Origin: the human T2T-CHM13v2.0 reference genome, Homo sapiens
Strand: one strand, 5' to 3'
Assembly (NCBI RefSeq): GCF_009914755.1
Contig: NC_060935.1
Length of the DNA stretch: 64,000 bases
Shown piece after piece: positions 14,286 through 31,820 of the stretch (the stretch's first letter is position 1; the number at the start of each line of letters is the position of its first letter). The translations under genes were made by a program, and so were the position numbers. Below the pieces are notes generated by a model. It saw nothing but the letters and a program-made list of their open reading frames with translations, searched no databases and was not told the DNA's origin.

Positions 14286-15711
14286 TTTATAATGTTTAAA
14301 TATATTAGAGTGTTACTTATTATTTCTTGTCAGAGTTTTCTGAAATTCTGAACTTAAACTGTTTTTATGTTTATTTCTTGACTTGGAGATATCTGGTGGT
14401 GTCAATTTGGGCAATCCACTGTAAGGGTTTATTTTATTCTGGAATTTTTTTGTCTCCTTCTCCCTATCCTTTACCTTCCACCCAAAGCTTTATTAGGAAG
14501 TATAGGGTAATATGTATTCCAGAAAGGTTACATTTCTCTAGTTACTCAGATGGCATAGACATAGGCTAAGAGATGGTAGGTCTTTGTATTGTAAATGAAA
14601 CATGGCCTTGTCTAGTTTTAATTTTTTAGATAAAGATTATTTGCAGTCTAAAGGGTGAATTTTTCTTCCCCTTTCTCAGTCTCTATTTGTAACCATGCCA
14701 TTTTTTTCATTTTTAATTAACATAATTTGTGAAATGTTGATTTTTGCTTTAGGTCCTAAATCAAATGTGATTATTAGTTTATAGCTTTACAACGTAATAA
14801 GCCCCAGGTGTAGGGAATTCACTCTCAGCTCTGATCTCCAGCAGTTTTGGATGACAAGCCATCACACCACTATCTGTACCTTTTTTATGCATCATAGATT
14901 ACCATAGGAGACTGAATGCAATAAAAATGTAAAATGCTTTGTATAAAAATGAATATAGCATCAGAGATTTCCTGCTTCATACAATCTTGAGCTTAAAATC
15001 TTGAATCTTAGAGTAACAAAAAAAAACCTCTCAAACTTTTGGAATGACTCTATCTTCAAATATCACTTTAAAAAGAAAAATGATCCTTCGTAATTAAGTT
15101 AATGATCATTAGGGGGAAGATTATAATACATCAATATATTTGTTATAGGAATAAGTGAAATCAGCTAATATTTATCTGAATATCCACAATTTACCCATGT
15201 TTAGTGCCATTGATTAAATAATCTAGTGAATTATAAATCCCAAGAAACTGACAGTTTAATGATATAGTCTCTGGGAGCATAGATGAGGGCTCATTGCCCA
15301 GCTTGTTAGAGATGAGGCAGAAAAGCGGAATCAGGAAAGACTTATGTTATCGACATCAGAGCTAATCTGGAAGTATAAGTAGGAATGTTCTTTATTTTAA
15401 AATTTTTATCAGCAATTCTTATCTTATGAATAATAAATGTTGCCATTCATTTACTCTTCTGCTGAAAATTTGAAAAATAAATACATAACAAAGAAAACAA
15501 AAATCAAGCATATTCCTGTTATATACTTTGATGTAACATTACCTTTTGGTTTATATACTCCTGGGTCTTTTTTCCCTATGTACACAAACATACAGACTCC
15601 TTTTCCCAATACATTTTAAGTTACAGAGCAGACATGATATTATGATTTGTGGCCTTTTTTTCTTTTTTTTTAAATTATCAATACTAGGGAAAGCTGTCAA
15701 GTGAGTAAATA

Positions 15712-15926
15712 CAGTCATCCCTTGGCATATGCAGAGGGTTGGTTCCAAATCTGTGCACACTCAAGTTCTGCAGTCCAGTCAGTGCTGAGAAACTGATGTA
15801 AGTGAAAGGTTGACCTTCTGTATACACAGGTTTTATATCCTGCAGATTCCGTATGATTTGGTTTGAAACAATCTGTGTATAAGTGGACCCTCAAAAGTCA
15901 AAACCATATTGTTCAAGGGTCAACTG
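15712..15926. mobile_element. MER8-like Tigger MITE
   Basis: cagtcatcccttgg...gtataagtggaccc...ttgttcaagggtcaactg; ends cagtc/caactg resemble MER8 TIRs. Confidence 0.75.
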
Positions 15927-16905
15927 TGTACTTGTATAATGTCATAATTAAGAGCTTAAATTTAATGCTATCATGTGTCCCATTTGTATAAATGGATATA
16001 TAACATTCTATTCAGAGAACCCTTATTAAAATGCTTTGGATTTCTTTTGATTTTTTTTCTAATAAACACAGTGATAAGAATTCTTTATAATCCTTAAATT
16101 TCTGGAAAATGTAAAAATTGATGACTAGATATTCATTCTAGTATTTTAAAGTAACCCATTATATAGCTAAATTTTAGACTCAATAACACTAGATTGAAAT
16201 CTGGACCTTCATCATGAAAGTCAGAGGATGAGGAAGAGAATTCCTTGAATGAGTAACTTAAACAGTTTTCACTGCCTCACCTTAAGTTTTCTTTTGAATC
16301 TATTCAGGTCAGGTTTTTGTCCCTGCCAATCTGTTGAAACTTTTCTTGCTATGGTCTGGAACAGTTCCCATTTTGCTAAACTCAAGGATGAACATCTTAA
16401 CACTCCTAGCAACTTTTTTTTTTTTTGGAATTGCCCTCTTCCCTTAGCTTTTGGCGTGCCATACTATTCCTGGATTTGTTCCAGCTTTCACTGGTTGTTC
16501 TTTCTTGGTTGTCTTTGCTGGTTCCTCCTCCTTTTCCCATCTTTAAATGATGGGGGAATACCCCCAAGGCTTTGCCTTATATTCTAATCTCCATCTACGT
16601 ATGCTCCCTAGGCAAATTTAGTAAGACCTTTTCTTTAAAACTCATATGCTAATGAATCCAAATATATGTCCTGAGCCTGTTCTACTATTGTAAACTTCTT
16701 TTAACTAGTTGTTTAATATCTCTTGGATATTTAATACCATTTATTCAGTCACTTCGGACTCAGACCAAGAACCCGTGAGTTTTCTCTAAATCTTTTATCT
16801 CCCAGATCTACCCCTTTAAGGAGTCTTGTGTACTTCAAAATATATCCAGACTCTACCACATTGTTCACTTACTGCCCTAATTCAAACCCTCTATCTTGTG
16901 TGTAG

Positions 16906-17227
<322 letters not shown>

Positions 17228-17345
17228 TAACCTTCTAGTTGGTTTTCTTTTTCACTTTCCTTGCTCCTATTAAATCTTCATAGCAGGCAACCCCCACCTT
17301 CCAAAGTAAACAAGATTATGTCATGTATCTTGGTCAAAACTTGCA

Positions 17346-17553
17346 CAGTAAAGTCCTCACTTAACATCATAAATGGATTACTGGAAACTTTGACTTTAAG
17401 AAAAATGGCGTTCTTTATGCCTTAGGAACTGAACTCTTGTTTGTATCAATTAGCCTATGGCAAAATTGGTTTTGTTATATAGTAGTTGTTTCACTTAAAT
17501 TTGCAGTTTCCAAGAACTTATCAACATAAACAGTGTTAAGTGAGGACTTGCTG
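17346..17553. mobile_element. MER82-like Tigger MITE (internally deleted)
   Basis: Clear terminal inverted repeats cagtaaagtcctcacttaaca ... tgttaagtgaggacttgctg followed by TA. Confidence 0.75.
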
Positions 17554-19948
17554 TATTCTTTCTTTCATATTCAGGGTAAAATCTACCTCCTGACTCTGTC
17601 CTGTGAGGCCTTACATAATCCAGAATCTTCTTGTGTGACTTTTTCTCTTATTGCCTTCCACCCTGCTCACTCTAGTCCAGTCATCCTGAATTTTTTGTTT
17701 CTTGAAAACAACAAACTCATTTCCATTTATGTGCCTTTGCACTACTGTTTTCTCCACCTATAACTCTTTATGTAGATCATTGCATGAGTTCCTCCTTCTT
17801 TTCTTTTAGATCTTTGCACCTTCTTCAGAAAGGCCTTTCCTATTTTTCTAAAATTGTTACCTTCTGCCCAGTTACTCCCTAGCCCCTTACTCACCTTTGT
17901 CTCTAACACTTAAAAACTCCTTGACATACGTGCATATTTGTCTCCTCACTAGAATGCAAACTCTACTGTACCCCAGGTGCCTAGAATGTTACTTACAGTA
18001 TGGTAGATAGCCAGTGTTTGTTGAATAAATGACCGAGCTTCTTTATTCTTTGTAGTTCGTATTTTATCCCTCCTAATCCTACAAGAAATTTGAAGTAGGC
18101 TTAAAAAGTGCTTTTAAATATATTAAAATAGAAAACAGGAGGGCATGCAAAGTACAGATAGAATAGGAATGACTGATGGGAAACTTAATATGCGGCTCAT
18201 ACAAGGTTTTACATAGTTCTTAAATGTGGATCAGGCATTTGCCTCTGAAGTCTTGACTGTGAAAACAAAAAGAACACCTTGTCTATAAGGAGACAACATG
18301 CTGCTACTTTGGAGAAGCACAGCTTTTCTTATTTCATCAACTGTCCTGTGAAACGCAAAATAGTGAATTTTATACAGCAGTGTTTTAATACCTGTCTTTA
18401 AAGTAAACTGAAGAAACAACGCCACGATATAGCTCAAGGAAAGCAACTCTGTGGAAACTGATTAGATATTCACACACATTCCTATTTCCTCCTGTCAGCG
18501 TTCCCTGCCCTCACCAGTGGACATGCATGCTTCTGAGTAAGGTAGAGCGTATTACAACACCATTATCAAGGTGAAGGTCTTTTCTAGTGACAGAACAGTG
18601 AGAGGCAGTTTGTTCATTATTCCTAAAATGTGAGGCTCATTCCAAAGCAGGTTGAAAATTAACTGTATAGTGTGCTTTTGTCAAATGAGGCTTCCTGGAG
18701 TTTCTCAAATAGCTGACCATAGTAACTATTGTGATCAGGCTATTCTTTGGTAGTTTGTGGTCTTTTTATAGGAAGTTTTGACATTTAGCATCTTAGATTT
18801 GGAATTAGCCAAATTATGGGTGAGTTTCATAACATAACTCCAGGAATCTTAATAGAATAGTAGAGTATTAATTGCATTTAATAGAAAATTTTAGTCAACT
18901 CAACCTGTTTACTTCATTTGATTGAAGTTGAATGTATTCAAAATTAGTTGAAGAAAATCTTTTATTAGTATCATAATTAAGTTATTTAATGTTTCATTTA
19001 TTAGTGAGTCAACTGAATCTTTTAAATTATTGTACGGTACAAATAACCAAAGTGCTTGGAGAAGAAACAGTCTAGAATATGCTGTGAATGGTACCGGTTA
19101 GGAATAACATACTAACTTGGAAATGACCACACTGAATGCCAAAGATTGATTTTATGTTCCAATGTACCCTTTTTTGGGGGGACTTATCACTTTTAGTCTT
19201 GTATCTCAGACATTCTTTTGGTGTACTAGAGAATATATTTGGGAGATGGATGGCAATTATTTTGCATCTTGTTAGTATCTGTTTAAGAAATTCTCAAAGT
19301 TTACCATTGTTGGTGTAATTATTCTATTTTCCTAACTTAACGTTGATGGTTTGGGGTTCTGTTGGTGGGAAAAGTGGCTTGGCAGTATGGTGCAATGTTT
19401 TTGCAACACTTGAGAGGAGATTGTTTTCATAGAGTTTTTGCTCTTCCTTGTTCCTTCCCTTCTTGTGACTTTGTTTTCAAATTGCCTTTTTTTCATCACT
19501 GTAACTGTCTTAGCTCTGTACAGCTGCCCTTTTCCATGTCTGTTTTGTTATATACATGCTATCTTTTGGCCCAGAGTTATCACTGAAGCTTGTCACAGAA
19601 CTCTTATTACCTTTCCTGTTTTTTCTCCCCAGCTTTATTTTACCTCTACTTGTAATTACTATTGTCTTTTTCCTAGAGTAACAGAAGAAAATGCAATTTG
19701 TCTTTACTTTCAGTACCAGCATAGCCCTCTTGAGGGTAATATTAGAACTTGAAGAAAACATTTAGATTAGCATTTTGACCAATATAAATTGCCTATTTCA
19801 TTTGGAAATGACACATTTTTTCGAAAAAGTAAAAACAGTTTTCCGTTGATATAATTATTTTTAAAATATACAAGAAAAACAGGAATAGGTGTCCCAGTAC
19901 AACATGTTTTATTTAGTGAATTTTCTGTCAAAGGGTTTGTTCAAGTAG

Positions 19949-20281
<333 letters not shown>

Positions 20282-22089
20282 TGAGGGAGATTGTAGGGTC
20301 CAACATTTAGAGAGTAGACTTAATCTTCCTACAAGCAATGTTCCTAAAGTTTATTTCAATCAGTGGAATTGTGGAGGCCTGAGAAGAGTACAGCTTCAAA
20401 GCTCAAGAAGATAAATTTTGATGTTTGATAAACCTGAGTTTAGAGCATGCTTCTGTCCTTTTTAGCTGAATAATTATTTCATCATCTGTAAAATGCAGGC
20501 AGTTCCTCAAAAGGGTGGTTGTGCCGAGTAAATGAAATATAAAACATCTAGCGTGGTGTTTGGCACATGGCATCTGTTATTAACTACTCTTCACTAAATT
20601 CTGAAAGGTTTAGATTTGTCAGGTAGGTCCCATCTGGATTGGCACTTGTCATCAGAGATCCAGAGAAATTCCACAATGACATATGGCATGGATTAAGGAA
20701 TACACTTTGTTGGGAAAAGGGAATATTTACAAAGCCAGGATCAGGTAGGGGAAGGAATTGATTTCTCTGTCTCCCTCTTATTCCACATAGGAGGTTCTCA
20801 GAGTTTTGCCAGTCTGCTAGACACAGCATAGATTTTCATTCCACTTGAGATATCCCTTCCGTTACTATTCTCCCTTCTTTTAGAATAAGTGGCCGGTCAA
20901 ATGTATCAGTGTGTAATCATACAAACTACTAGGGAACCAGACATTATAGTTGTGGATGCCTGCAGTCATCTGAGAAATTAAGCCGTCAGGCACGTGGAGA
21001 CTTTGAGGTTCATGGGAAGTTAGGTCTGCCTTGCTAAGGGAGGAAGCCATGGTCCTGTCAGAAGTTGAGCATGGTTTCAGACTCTTTTGCTGGGAAAGAC
21101 GATGGGAATGGTTCCAGCTCATGGTCTAGGCTGCCCACAGTGACTCCCGGTGTTTTCAGACAGGTCTGCTTCTCACATCACGCTTTATTGCCTAGGGCCT
21201 GTGAATCAGTTTTCCCAACAAATAAGTGTCAAGTTAAATGTGAAATATGTTTATTTCTATGCTATTTAAGCAAACTGATATCAGAATAAGTAACAGTAGA
21301 ATGCATGTCAGAGTCTTTGAGTGTTACTCTCAAAGAAAATTGATCTTGATTAGCCCAAGCTCAACTTAGTTCCACAAATAATTATTGATTTGTTTAAGCG
21401 TGATGTATGTGCTTGCTCAAGGAATTAGAAGATGAGTATGACAAAGCTCATTCCCTCAGGGAGTTGAGTGTTTCAGAGGGATGAAGTAAAAGAAGATTTT
21501 AAAACTACAAGTAGAGTGTAAGAAGTATCACGAGAAACATCAACAAAGGGCTGAGGATAGAAGGTGATAAGTCTCAAGTATCTCAAGATATTCAGCAGTG
21601 AATCTTAACATAAATTTGCTTTTAGGGGAAGAATTTCAAGCATATTGATAGGTCTTAAATTTTCTAGTCTCTCTGGGATAGTAGGAAGGAGAATGATTTT
21701 TAAAAAGTTGATTATGTAGCATGGAGTTTGGGGACTAGTAAAAATTTTATTGAAATTATTTGGGAATTGTTTTACAGTTGTTTTTAGTGGAGGTTGTATT
21801 TCTGAAAATATTGCATTTTAGTGTGATGATTTACTAAAGAAGTAGCAGGGACTTATTCTAAGGTAGGAGATAGAAAAACTAATAAGTAAAAATCTGCTAG
21901 CAACTTTAAATGGCTGTCAAACTTTTTTTAATGATTAAGTGCTAATGGGGGCAGATGGAAATTGTAAAGCAGTGCAGAGCATTGAGGTATAGAGTTTTTT
22001 TCTGTCAGTTGCTCTACTTTTGAAAGAGAAGAAATTAGAGGTCAAATTTAGTCATTTCTATGGTCCTTTTATGAACGTAAGAAAGCGCT

Positions 22090-23082
22090 TTTTTAAAAAA
22101 ATGTGAGAATTGTTAAATAATCTTTATTTGATATTACACATAAACCACCCTAAAATGCCTTTCAGTAAGTAAAAGGAACCATTTTAGATAAAAGGAATCT
22201 AATTAGATTGGCATAGTTAAGGCCAAAAATATAAAGTAGACATTGCCACCTTATCTTCAACTCTTGCCTTTAAGAGGCAAGTGAACATGAAACACGGATG
22301 AATCTTGCTTGGTTCTGAGACAGTGTGAAGGAATTTCACCAGTATTTCAATATATTCACATAACCAGTTATATAAATCTAAAAATAAAACCAATTTCCAT
22401 TAAGTTTTAAGATGGCATTCACCATCTTTGTGAAAAGTTGATGAAATCGAATCATATCTTTAGAAGGAGTAAACAGTGTTAGCATTTACTGAATTGGAAT
22501 TGCTATTAAAATTCAAAAAAACAAACATATTCATCTAACCACAGGCCAGTCTTAGTTTTAAAATCAGGACTGCCCAACAAAATATTCTGTCATTCATTGA
22601 TGATCTGAATTCTGGTATATGAGATCTATTAAATTATGGTACACATAAAAAAGTCATGAGACATTTCTGTTTTGTAATAAATAAGGCAGTGGCCAGTTAT
22701 TACTGATGAGTAGCGTTTTTGAGATTAGCTATCAAGTCTGCCCTTTCTGCCTTCTTCTTAATGCTGGCAAAGATCATTTTTGTTCCAGGGATGTTCTTCT
22801 TGGGAGTCTCCAAATAGTGCATCAGTGTATCCTTTCCCCAGGTGATGCCTTTGTTCTTATTGGTGTCTGTGTAAGAGTATCCAACGGCCTCACCTGTCTC
22901 CTGCCTGGAGAGACTATGGAGATTAGGCCCAGTCTTGTGCTGGCCTCCCTTTTGCATTGTGTGGCACTGGGCACACTTCTGAACAAAAATCTTCTTGCCT
23001 TTCTCAGCAACACCCATATTTAATTCTCTTCCATCACTGGTGCTACGAAGGTTCCCTCTCTGAAGCTGGATGTCCCGCTCTT
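22090..23082 (-). pseudogene. CYCSP29: Processed cytochrome c (CYCS) pseudogene; ORF 23017..22700 intact (105 aa), with parental 5'UTR and about 600 nt of 3'UTR
   Basis: [22 protein letters not shown]...GTKMIF... aligns without gaps to cytochrome c (CXXCH, Met80). Intronless. 5'UTR ...gagaattaaatATG, double stop TAATAA, CYCS-like 3'UTR and AATAAA (+ strand tttatt at 22123-22128). CYCS origin is secure; the pseudogene number is from memory of the 11q22.3 locus. Ends approximate. Confidence 0.93.
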
Positions 23083-24391
23083 TTGAAAATTACACTTCTA
23101 AAAATGAATTCCTTCAAGGATTCTTTTCATTTTAAAGAGAACATTTGCTGTCAATCCACTCTTCTCATTTTATGAGGTCTCTCAGCATTGCTTAGGAAAA
23201 TTATGATTCACAGAGGAAGGTCTAGCACTAAGATGTTTCCATTGGAGATACTATTATATATTGCTTCTCGGCTATTTGGCTAAGATGAAATATAAGATAG
23301 ATATGGTGTCAAGGTAGGAGCACAGACTAGGTTTTTGGAGGGTTTGGAGTTCCAGCCCTGACTTTGCTGATACTGTCTATGTGATCTCGAAATTGTCTCT
23401 TGACTTTGGGAGTGAGTAGGTGATGTTTCTCTAGGTGATCCTGGAGGGTCCTTTTACCCTTCCAAGTTCTGTAATAATTCCATTGTTTTTTTAAAATCAC
23501 CACTATATGGCTTTGCACACCACAGTTTTACAAATGGTATGTATAAGAATATCCAATTTTGAATAATATTGGACATCATCCTGGCACATTTTGTCGAAAC
23601 GTAGTACACATAGGCTAGCCTTTGACTTTTCATTTGGTACTTTCTGCTTAGCTAATATTTATATACAAGGTAGAACTTGGAAACTTTACTGCACATGGTA
23701 GTTGTAAACGTAGCTTGGTTGTGGTAGTGATGCTTGTTTCACTTTCTGTTAACATACAGCCCATGTATGTATTGGGATTTAATAATGTAAGCCATTATAG
23801 AAAAATGTCGGATGTAACAGTGATCTCCTCTTGGGCGGCTAAGTGGACAGCTTTAACATCTCTTAAATGTCTTAAAATATTGTGTCAAAAATGGTACAAA
23901 AAATGGTAACCAGGTACCAAACCCAGTTTGAATTTAGCATATATCTTTCTTCCATTATTGTAGTTCTTTGTGAAGGCTTTAAATCATAGAGAGATTCTCT
24001 CTCTATGCACATGCATGTGTGTGTTTTTGTTTGCTTGTAAAAATTGGTGGTTCACTGAATAGCTAGTGTTATATGGCATTTGTTTGTTTAGACTTTAATC
24101 ATGAATGAATTTACAGAAACTCTGCTTTAAGCCGCACTAACCAGGCTGTCAAGTAATTTGCTTTTCTTATAGGTATTGGAGCCAACTGTGGAATTCTCAG
24201 TCAAATGTACAATGAAACATCTTGAATGTTATTTTGATGCTCTCCCATTTTGTTCAAACAAATTCTGATTAAATCTAGCTACTGGCACATTCTTGCTGAG
24301 TCTCTGGTATCACTTGGAAGGAAGGTAGTAGAGGTGTGGATCGCTGAGATACTCCCCTAAGAGAAGTATATCATAGTGTCGTATTGTTTGA

Positions 24392-24743
<352 letters not shown>

Positions 24744-26538
24744 TGATCAGTTTCCCTTAACCCTGTTAGCCAAATGACCATGTGACACAAGTTATCTTTA
24801 CTTTTAATGTTACTGCTTTTTATTTTTTATTTTTATTTTTTTGCTATGTAGCATATAAAATTTCTGAGTTCTAGAAGAATTCCAAAAGCTGTAGAGATGA
24901 GAAATTGATATAGCCAATTTGGACACAAGTTAAAAATGAAATCAATACTGTCATTTTTTTGGAAATCTAAAAAGAGAGGGAAAAATGTATCAGGCACCGT
25001 TTCTCTAAATTGCTTCCAGCTGCTTGCTTCCTAATATAGAAATATTTATTAAAAGTAGCAGGTTAAAAATTGGATTCCTACAGCAAAATATGAGTGGTTT
25101 CATAATTTTGTTAAACAGCAGGAAATAACTGAGATTTTTGTCACTATAGTGGCTTTGTTTTTTTCGAGGGTCATGGTGTAGAGCAAATACATATTTCCCA
25201 GCCAGGCGAACAGAACAGTAAATGGCCTGAACAATTTAAACAAACCAAGGAAAATGTCCTAAGGTAGTAAATAGGGAATTATGGGATTTTCCCTTAACTA
25301 TTGTAACACTATAAATGTTCAAAGAGGTAGAAGGAACCATTTAAGACAATAAATAAATGAACATGATCATAAAACTTAGTTGGGAATGAGGCTTAAGTAA
25401 GGAAAATGGCATGAAAAGAAAGTCAGATAGGGGTTGGGTGAAGAACAGAAATTTACATGTTATCTAGACTAATTGCAGGCACAGTGAAAGATTTAAATAA
25501 TTATTAGGCCAAAATGCTATAAAGAGGTGTCTTAAAATTAAGAAACTTATGTTAATTCTAACAAGAAATTGAGGAAAGGAAGACAAATATGTTGTAGGTG
25601 TTGGAATGAGGGCTTGAGGGAATGCATATCTGGAAAATGAGGGAAACAGTGGAGGGGAATAGAAACTGTGTAGGGGATATATATGAAAGTTGTTTTTCTT
25701 AAGATATTTAATTAAGGTGACAGGTACGCATGCTCGGGAAGTTAAAAAGCAATTTCTGGAAAGTGTTCCAAGTTAAACCTGAAGGAGGCACCAGAAATCC
25801 TGAAGGAGGAATGTAGCAATCAAAAACATTGTGTAGAATGTTCGTATTGGCAGTATCAATAGAGGTTTTGCCTTATGGTCCTCCTTAACCAGAAGGAAGT
25901 TTGAACACAGCTGAGATCACTGCATATCTATGTAGTATTGGTCTGGGGTGGGGAAGAAACAAGCAAGACATAATCATCCATTCTCATTCATGTTCACCTA
26001 TTAAGATCACTTAAAAATGAATCATGGTTATTTCATAGTAAATAGTTGTCATTGTTGCTCAATATATCATTGTATTCATTGACCATTTTCATCACATTAT
26101 AGATTAGGATTACAATTTATAAACTACAAGGAAAATAGTAGTGCATGGCCTTATTAATCATACAGAAAAAAGATTAACATTTACTGGTAGTTTGTGTCTT
26201 AATATAATAAGGACTAATCAAGCCTTGACAAATGAGTAACTTTGATAGGAAATGTAGGCAGTCATCTGTCGGACTTTGGAATAAATATGAATTATCTATA
26301 TGATATACACATTTGGAAGGGTTTCTAAATGATTTTCTAGATATAATTCATGAAGTGTCAAGATAAAGAGTCAAGTATTTCATAAAAATTAATTTCATAA
26401 TAGCTGTGATTCTTATCAGAAGAGAATTAGGGTTGGGGTCTTATAGTTTGAAATAGTACATTTAGTATTTAAAAAGGTTTTTTGATGCGAAAACAATTAT
26501 TTTTAAAATGAAGCTATGTATAAAGTCTGAAAATCTTT

Positions 26539-27205
26539 TTTTTAAATTGGTACATTTATTAAAAACATAGACTAATGGTCTTATGCTTAAATGTCTTTGT
26601 GGTTGTGTGCTGACTTTCATCCAGTGTAACTAAGGGACTGTTCACAAATACACTCTGGATAGAAGTATAATAATAAACAGAAATGGCTGTCATAGAGACA
26701 TAGTTCCGTTACAATTAATACTTGCCAGAAAATGGAGCTTGACATTGTTTACTATTATACTAACATTCACAAAAGGCCGGATATCACAGGCATAAGGGCA
26801 CACCATGACCATGAGACATCCTTTCATACTTCCCAAATAGTTTTATATTTTAGCTATGGACCTCAGTTACCAGAGCCAAACTTGTTCTTAACAAGTAGAA
26901 TTTTTATGTCCATTCAGTCGAAGAGTGTCTTACACCTTTCTGGGTCTCTTTATTTGCAGATAGGAGTAGAAACTGTAACCAACTTCTTCGCATCTTGCAG
27001 TCACATGTGATGCCCAATTTTCATATGCTGCCCAATTAGCGGTGACTTGCAGCAGGGCCACAAAGATGAGGAAGTTCTGTATGGAGGTGATCACATCCGC
27101 ATGCATCTTCCATTTTGTGTCCTCTGGGTCCAACCTCATTGAGAGGCCCTTGATCCAGAACACTGAAGCTCTAATTCATTGGCTTTCAGCTGCCATGCTC
27201 TGCTC
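26539..27205 (-). pseudogene. Processed TOMM5 (Tom5) pseudogene, decayed; CDS-homologous part 27163..27021
   Basis: Minus-strand translation (V)FWIKGLSMRLDPEDTKWKMHADVITSIQNFLIFVALLQVT versus recalled TOMM5 [41 protein letters not shown] (26/41 identical). Parental ...AGCATATGA stop kept after a frameshifting deletion. AATAAA (tttatt 26555-26560), short A-tail remnant, TSD tctgaaaatcttt at 26526-26538 and 27206-27218. Confidence 0.88.
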
Positions 27206-28269
27206 TCTGAAAATCTTTCTTAATGGGTCATGGATTTAAAGTTGAAAAAAAGCTATGGGAGTTTCTCAAATTAGCAATTCTCAAACATTCTTAAATTAAT
27301 AGAAATTCGAAAGGCAAATATTGAGTCAAATTATGATGCTACAATCTTCTAAGGCAGTTTGAGCAGAAATGAAACTATGCATTGTAGAATATGAACAGGG
27401 TCAAATACTTTGAAGTTATGTAACTTTGAACAAACTGCTAAATTAATCTAAGCTTTAGTTTTCTAATTAAAAATTTGTAGGAACAAGATTTGACTCACAA
27501 TTGTTCTGAACATTAAATGAGGTAGTCCATATGTAGTTTATTCACTAATTCTTCTTTCAATCATTATTGAATATTTCCTATATACTAGCCTATCTGTCAT
27601 ACATTGGGGATACAGATAGAATAAAAATTGTCTTAACTCTCATGGGAGTTACAGTCTATTAGGAAAAAGCACAGAAGTAAACAAGTGATTACAATAGGGC
27701 TTACTATAATGGGGATGAGAGTGAATGCAGAGTCTGTGTAACAGGCTAATGTAATAGCCATTGACTCAAGAAATTACAGTAACAGAGTTGGGTGGTGGAG
27801 GCAGATCTGATTTTCATTTTTCTCTTAATTTACGCATTCCCAAACTTATGCATATGGTCAAGGTTTACTATAGTGTGCTTTCTATTAAACCTTTAAACAT
27901 AAGATTGGTAAATATGGATATTTTTTAGAAGAAAAATCCTACGAGACTTCTTAAACGATTATAAATTATTTCCATAATTCATAATTTATAAGCGTTGTTT
28001 CCTATAATTTTAGTTGATTTCTATTGTGGGCCTTTAATCCTCCTTGTATCTATTGTACCCTTCCCTTGCATTGCCCACCCTGCTCCCCATCCTCCAGCCG
28101 AAACTTCTTCTCCTTTAGTCTTGTGTAATTTTAGGACTGTTGCTATAGCCGGTATGTTTGTCTTAGCAAATTAATACTTGTGTAGGAATTCTGAAAAGAC
28201 AAACTTTGTTCCTGTAATAACATTTTAAGTTGATGCCATATTTTCATTGGCTCTTAAATTTTAAAATTT

Positions 28270-28420
28270 CATCTTTATTTGTGGTAGAAGACACATAACA
28301 TAAAATCTACTATTTTAACCATTTTAAAATGTGCAGTTCAGTAGTGTTAAGTGCATTCACATTGATGTACAACCAATCTCCAGAACTTTTCATTTTTCAG
28401 ATCTGAAACTCTATACTTGT
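28270..28420 (-). mobile_element. L1M 3'-end fragment
   Basis: acataacataaaat...ttaaccattttaaaatgtgcagttcagtagtgttaagtgcattcacattg...ccagaactttttcat...gaaactctatac is a typical L1MB/MA 3'UTR. Confidence 0.7.
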
Positions 28421-28513
28421 TATGTGGGTCTTAATTTTAAGACTACAGTTCTTACAAAAATTTCACAAACATAATATATTTGCTACTTGCTGGGGGTGGT
28501 ATTAAGTTTATTA

Positions 28514-31205
<2,692 letters not shown>

Positions 31206-31489
31206 AGTTTATTACAAAAAGATTTTGTAGATGGCTTTAAAACAAAATATCAAATAGTGTGTTCTTAATTTATACCATAAAGTTAGAGAATATTTGAATT
31301 ACTGTAATTCATTTGATTTAGGGTGACTGAGGCATTATACTTTGATAGCAGCTGGGCTTGCTTTTTCTTTTTTAAATCATAAACAAGTTCTATTAGAGTT
31401 TGGTTATTTAGCCAATAGAAATGTGTATAGTTAAATATGTTTGGACTTTGGGGAAACAGTGTTTATCAATCTTAAGAAATACTCTTATC

Positions 31490-31820
<331 letters not shown>

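Noticed and set aside
22706-23023. 105-aa + strand ORF exactly opposite the cytochrome c ORF
   Set aside because: Antisense shadow of a coding-derived sequence; no recognisable protein and no splice or promoter support.
22080-23095. Target-site duplication for the CYCS retrocopy
   Set aside because: Only weak similarity (cgct.tttt) that overlaps the parental 5'UTR; not called.
26732-27239. + strand ORFs over the TOMM5 retrocopy
   Set aside because: Antisense to retrocopied UTR/CDS; no independent evidence.
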